From Octopus sinensis (Eukaryota): 64,000 nucleotides of DNA. How positions within the stretch are numbered: position 1 is the stretch's first letter; the number at the start of each line of letters is the position of its first letter. The stretch covers positions 992,001-1,056,000 of the forward strand of contig NC_043024.1 of NCBI RefSeq assembly GCF_006345805.1, read 5' to 3'. Below, piece by piece: positions 59,336 through 64,000 of the stretch. The notes under the pieces were generated by a model. The model was given only the letters and a program-made list of their open reading frames with translations. It did not search any database and was not told where the DNA came from. The position numbers and the translations under genes were made by a program.

Positions 59336-59929
59336 AAGAACTACATTAAGGGCACATGTGTCTGTGGAGTACTCAACCACTTGCATTTAATTTCACAAGC
59401 AGGCCATTCATCGGATCAACTGGATCACTCATCATCAGAAGTAACAGAGAACCAGTTAGTCAGTCATTTGACATGATCACTCAACCTGCTAAGAAAAGTA
59501 GCCAGAGCACCCTCACTTTAAACCGTACTGTTTAAGTGGAAGAAAGCAGACAATGTAGTTCTCGATACACTGAATAAAGAGACGATGATTAAGGGTGGGA
59601 CGTCTTTAAGCATGTCTACCCTGTCAGAGCTGATTTGGATTTAAACAACTACAAGGAAAAACATCTCAGATAATCTAATCCTTGTTATAACCTGGTGGTA
59701 ATAACCCAAATTTATACAACCAACAAGGATGGGGTGAACCCAAAACAACAACACACCTTAAAGTTTTTTGTAAAATATTATGTATGTATACATACATATA
59801 TATACATACCTACCTACATACATACATACATATATATATACATACATATACATGCATACATACATATATACATACCTACATACATACATATATATACATA
59901 CATACATACATACATATATACATACATAT

Positions 59930-59972
<43 letters not shown>

Positions 59973-60541
59973 ATATGCACACATGCATACATACATACAT
60001 ACACCCCCACCACTGCTTGACAACTGGTGTTGGTTTGTTTGTGTCTCCCTAACTTAGCAGTTTGGCAAAAGATGAAGATGAAAGATGTACCAGGTTTTTT
60101 TAAAAAATCCAATAAGTACTGGAGTAGATTTGTTTGAGAAACCATTTAGAGTGGTGCCCCAGCATGGGCACAGCCCCATGACAAAAACAAGATAAAAGAT
60201 TTTACTACTACTGCTGCTACTACTACTACTACCACTACTGCTACTGCTGCTGCTGCTATCCCCCCCCCCCGACATTGCAGTGTGATTGATGTATGATGTA
60301 CTAAAGTACTCTCTCCCTCCCCTTCATTGCCCAAGGGATGGGTGCAGATGAGGAGGGCAGGGGTGGAAGGGCCATATCTTCCCACATTCCTTCCACCATC
60401 TTCCAGCATTCTGCCAACATAACTGCCATTGTTGCTTCTCGTATATCAGCAAGCCACCCTTATTCTATCCGCAGCTTACTCACTCCATCCACCCCCTCGC
60501 AACCTTTGCCTATCCTTCCTGATCTTTCTGTCAACATCTTT

Positions 60542-60575
<34 letters not shown>

Positions 60576-60778
60576 GTCCCCTCTCCGCTTCTCTCCCTTT
60601 CTCCCCCTCTTCCCCTCTCTCTGTCTTTCTCTCCCCTTTTCTTTTCTGCACCTCCCTTTGCTCACCATTGAGTACTTGTGTATATGTATGTGTGTGTGTG
60701 TACACACACACACACACACACACGCCATACACATATATACATATATATATATATATATATACATATATATATACATAT

Positions 60779-60818
<40 letters not shown>

Positions 60819-61144
60819 CGGGGAGGGGGTGATTGTGTATAGAAGAATATATTAATAAAAGGAATTCCGCCCTTGTCTGATTTTCATGTTTTATTTACAA
60901 TCTTATAATGATATAAGATAATATAATAGAATAAAATAAAATAAAATGAAATAGTAGAATGTTAAATGTTCATTCTGATTGAACTAGAACTTTCATGCAT
61001 TGAATTCTGCAATCTTCAGGTTCATGTAGTAGTGGTGACAGTCATGCTTCACAATTTTTGAAGCAGTCAAAAATTGTAAAGCATGACTGTCACCACTACT
61101 ACATGCATGATTGTGTGTGTGTGTGCGCGCGCACACACACACAA

Positions 61145-61465
61145 AAAGGTGCATTCCAGAAGCTTTGAGACTTTTGTAGGAGAGGCAGTTACAACTGTCA
61201 TAGAATTATTGTAATTTTAGTGTAGCATCACTGATACATTCAATAAGCTGACCTGCCACCTTTATTTTATTGCAGAGTGAAGGAAACGACTGTAACAGCA
61301 CTTTCGCCACACCTGACTGAACATTGCTGCCTTGTCACAGGTGACTTGTTTGCAGAATGCAGTTGGGACATGAAGACAACTTGAAAGCTCACTCTATGCA
61401 ATGAAGTTTTTTTGTGTTAAACTGGGAAAACACACAGCAGAAACTTATAAAATACTCCAAACTGG
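61145..61465 (+). mobile_element. mariner-like element 5' remnant
   Basis: YAMKFF/VKLGKHTAETYKILQT, matching the mariner N-terminal KFCVKLGKSATET motif with a frameshift. Confidence 0.65.
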
Positions 61466-61753
61466 TCACGGAACAAAGTATGGCTGAAGTTGGGCCCTTG
61501 GGGGAGAGAATGCAAGTCCTTAATTCATACACTACAAATGATCATGATATCCGGGACTACAAAAATCTTCAAAAACTTCTTAAGATTTAAAAGTGATGAT
61601 TAAAACAAGGGACTTACCTTCTCAACGTTGCTACCAAGTCAGTGGCTGGCCAGGATTTAGTCTAAATTAGAAAGAGAAACAGAAGACCATTCAGTTATAG
61701 AAAGATGAAGGATAACGCTGCAATTGTTTTGATGTCATTTCACCAGAAGGGAC

Positions 61754-61786
<33 letters not shown>

Positions 61787-61787
<1 letters not shown>

Positions 61788-62012
61788 CTCTTTACTCTTT
61801 TACTTGTTTCAGTCATTTGACTGCGGCCATGCTGGAGCACTGCCTTTAGTCGTGCAAATCGACCCCGGGACTTATTCTTTGTAAGCCTAGTACTTATTCT
61901 ATCAGTCTCTTTTGCCTAACTGCTAAGTCACGGGGACGTAAACACACCAGCATCAGTTGTCAAGCAATGTTGGGGGTACAAACACAGACACACAAACATA
62001 TACACACACACA

Positions 62013-62047
<35 letters not shown>

Positions 62048-62210
62048 CGACGGGCTTCTTTCAGTTTCCGTCTACCAAATCCACTCACAAGGTTTTGGTC
62101 GACCCAAGGCTATAGTAGAAGACACTTGCCCAAGGTGCCACGCAGTGGGACTGAACCCGGAACCATGCGGTTGGTAAACAAGCTACTTACCACACAGCCA
62201 CTCCTGCGCC
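61787..62210 (-). mobile_element. SINE family A, full length
   Basis: Homologous to 7450-7846. Confidence 0.9.
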
Positions 62211-63139
62211 TATTATATATAATACATATATATGGTGTGTATATATGTATTTTATATTTTTTATGTGAAGGCATTTGGCTTGGTGGTTATGGCATTCAGC
62301 TAAAATTTACAAGGTCAGGAGTTCAATACCTGGCAGCATGTCATGTCCTTCAGTATTCCAGTCCACTCAGCTGGCAAAAATGAGAAGTACCTGTATTGTT
62401 TAGTTTTGTTTCATTTTGAGAAATAAAAATTTATTTTATTGTTTATTATTGTTTATATTTTGAATTACATGTATATGGGGTCACCGAAATCTTTTAAGTT
62501 CTTAGGGCCTCTATGGGTCTTAATCCAGCCCTGATTCCATTGTACCCCACTGCACTACTACGGTGAGCAATCTTGAGCAAGATGTTCCCAAGCAGATTGC
62601 TGGAAGTTACATTTTTACTAAAATTAACCCAGAAGGATGAAAGGGAAAAAGTTGACGTTGGCTGCATTTGAACTCATGACCTAAAGGACCGTAATCAAAT
62701 GCCACAGACGCCTAGCTGCTTGCCTTAATTATTTCACCAATGCTCTAAGCCAGGAAGTTGTGGCATCATGCTTTTCCCCTGGGAACGGTTTGGATGCGAA
62801 CACTAATAAAAGCTTTAATGAAAATAAAATAGAATGGTTTTCTTACTTCGTTGAGAATGGTAATTCTGTGTTATTGGAACAATGTCAAGCAAAAGGAAGT
62901 TGTGGGAGAAAAGATGAAAAGAGCGAAGAGGAAAGAAAATAACGGAAATGGTGGGAAAAAGAAACAAGGATAAGTGAAACGAGAAAGGAGATAATAGAGA
63001 GAGGGGGGGGGAGAGAATAAATGAGGGAAATATAGAAATATAGAGTTGAGAAGGTGAGAAGGTGAGGGAAGGTGTGAGGGTGTTATGAGAGTCTTACAGC
63101 TTCAGAGCTGAGCTGTTGGTGATATGCATGAGTGTGTGT

Positions 63140-63195
63140 GTGTGTGTGTGTAGCTAGCTAGATAAATAGATAGATAGGTAGATAGATAGACAAAC

Positions 63196-63249
<54 letters not shown>

Positions 63250-63295
63250 GTAGATAGATAGATAGGTAGATAGATAGGTAGATAGACAGACAAAC

Positions 63296-63329
<34 letters not shown>

Positions 63330-63414
63330 ATGGATAGATAGGTAGATAGATAGGTAGATAGACAGACAAACAGATAGATAGATAGATAGATAGATAAATG
63401 GATAGATAGATAGG

Positions 63415-63446
<32 letters not shown>

Positions 63447-63524
63447 TAGATAGATAGATAGAGAGATAGACAGACAGACAGACAGATAGATAGATAGAGA
63501 GATAGATAGACAGACAGACGGATT

Positions 63525-63576
<52 letters not shown>

Positions 63577-63582
63577 GATAGG

Positions 63583-63614
<32 letters not shown>

Positions 63615-63670
63615 TAGATAGATAGAGAGATAAATAGACAGACAGACAGACAGACAGATAGATAGATAGA
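63140..63670. repeat. (GATA/GACA)n array, ~530 bp; tail of the family F copy
   Basis: Direct reading. Confidence 0.95.
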
Positions 63671-63671
63671 G

Positions 63672-64000
63672 ATATGTTTCTTTATTAGCCACACAGGGCT
63701 GCACACAGATAGAAAAATTACAAGGTAGAGCTTTTCTTTTGAAGGTATTAAAAAAAAAAAAAAAAAAAAAGGAAGGGGGAGGTTCGATCAAAAGGATCGT
63801 AAAAGGAGAGAAAGAGGACAAAATAAGGGGGGGGTTAAAAAAAAAAAAAAAAAAAAAAAAAGGGGGGAGAGGAAAAAAAATGATCAATAGGGATCGTTAT
63901 CACAGAAATGTCAATATGAAGTGTAAGGGGAGGACAGGTGAGGTTTACCGTGGAAAAAAGCCTGCGGAAAAGACCACGGTAACCTCGGTCAATGAAGTCA
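63672..64000 (-). mobile_element. Repeat family F, runs off window end
   Basis: Reverse complement of 21485-21745 with A-run expansions. Confidence 0.75.

Noticed and set aside
63102-63887. 261-aa and 182-aa LSIY-repeat ORFs
   Set aside because: Translation of the (GATA)n array.

Overview
AT-rich, repeat-saturated eukaryotic genomic DNA, most likely from a coleoid cephalopod (Octopus-like). That assignment is inferred from the SINE/LINE repertoire and extreme microsatellite density and is not verified. Only one protein-coding region is securely identifiable: an uninterrupted 434-codon ORF on the minus strand (54580-55884) for mitochondrial 3-oxoacyl-ACP synthase (OXSM, KAS II/FabF family). 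It has an intact Cys-His-His triad, no targeting peptide inside the ORF, and a splice acceptor 5 nt before the ATG. The rest is mostly mobile DNA: at least four tRNA-derived SINE families (labelled A-D here), an RTE-associated non-autonomous repeat (E), RTE, R4/Dong-like and Penelope-like retroelement remnants, mariner remnants, hAT and piggyBac-type MITEs, a candidate solo LTR, minisatellites and many microsatellites. Nearly all ORFs in the supplied track are artefacts of these repeats. The most interesting signal is about a dozen minimal type I hammerhead-ribozyme-like motifs in several unrelated repeat families. Most have a palindromic stem III, some sit in inverted or tandem pairs, one is fused to a tRNA-derived head, and several are inactivated by CpG-type transitions. 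No CRISPR array, rRNA or bona fide tRNA gene was seen. Repeat boundaries are approximate (about 10-20 nt) unless TSD/TIR coordinates are given. Family names are by recognition, not database search.
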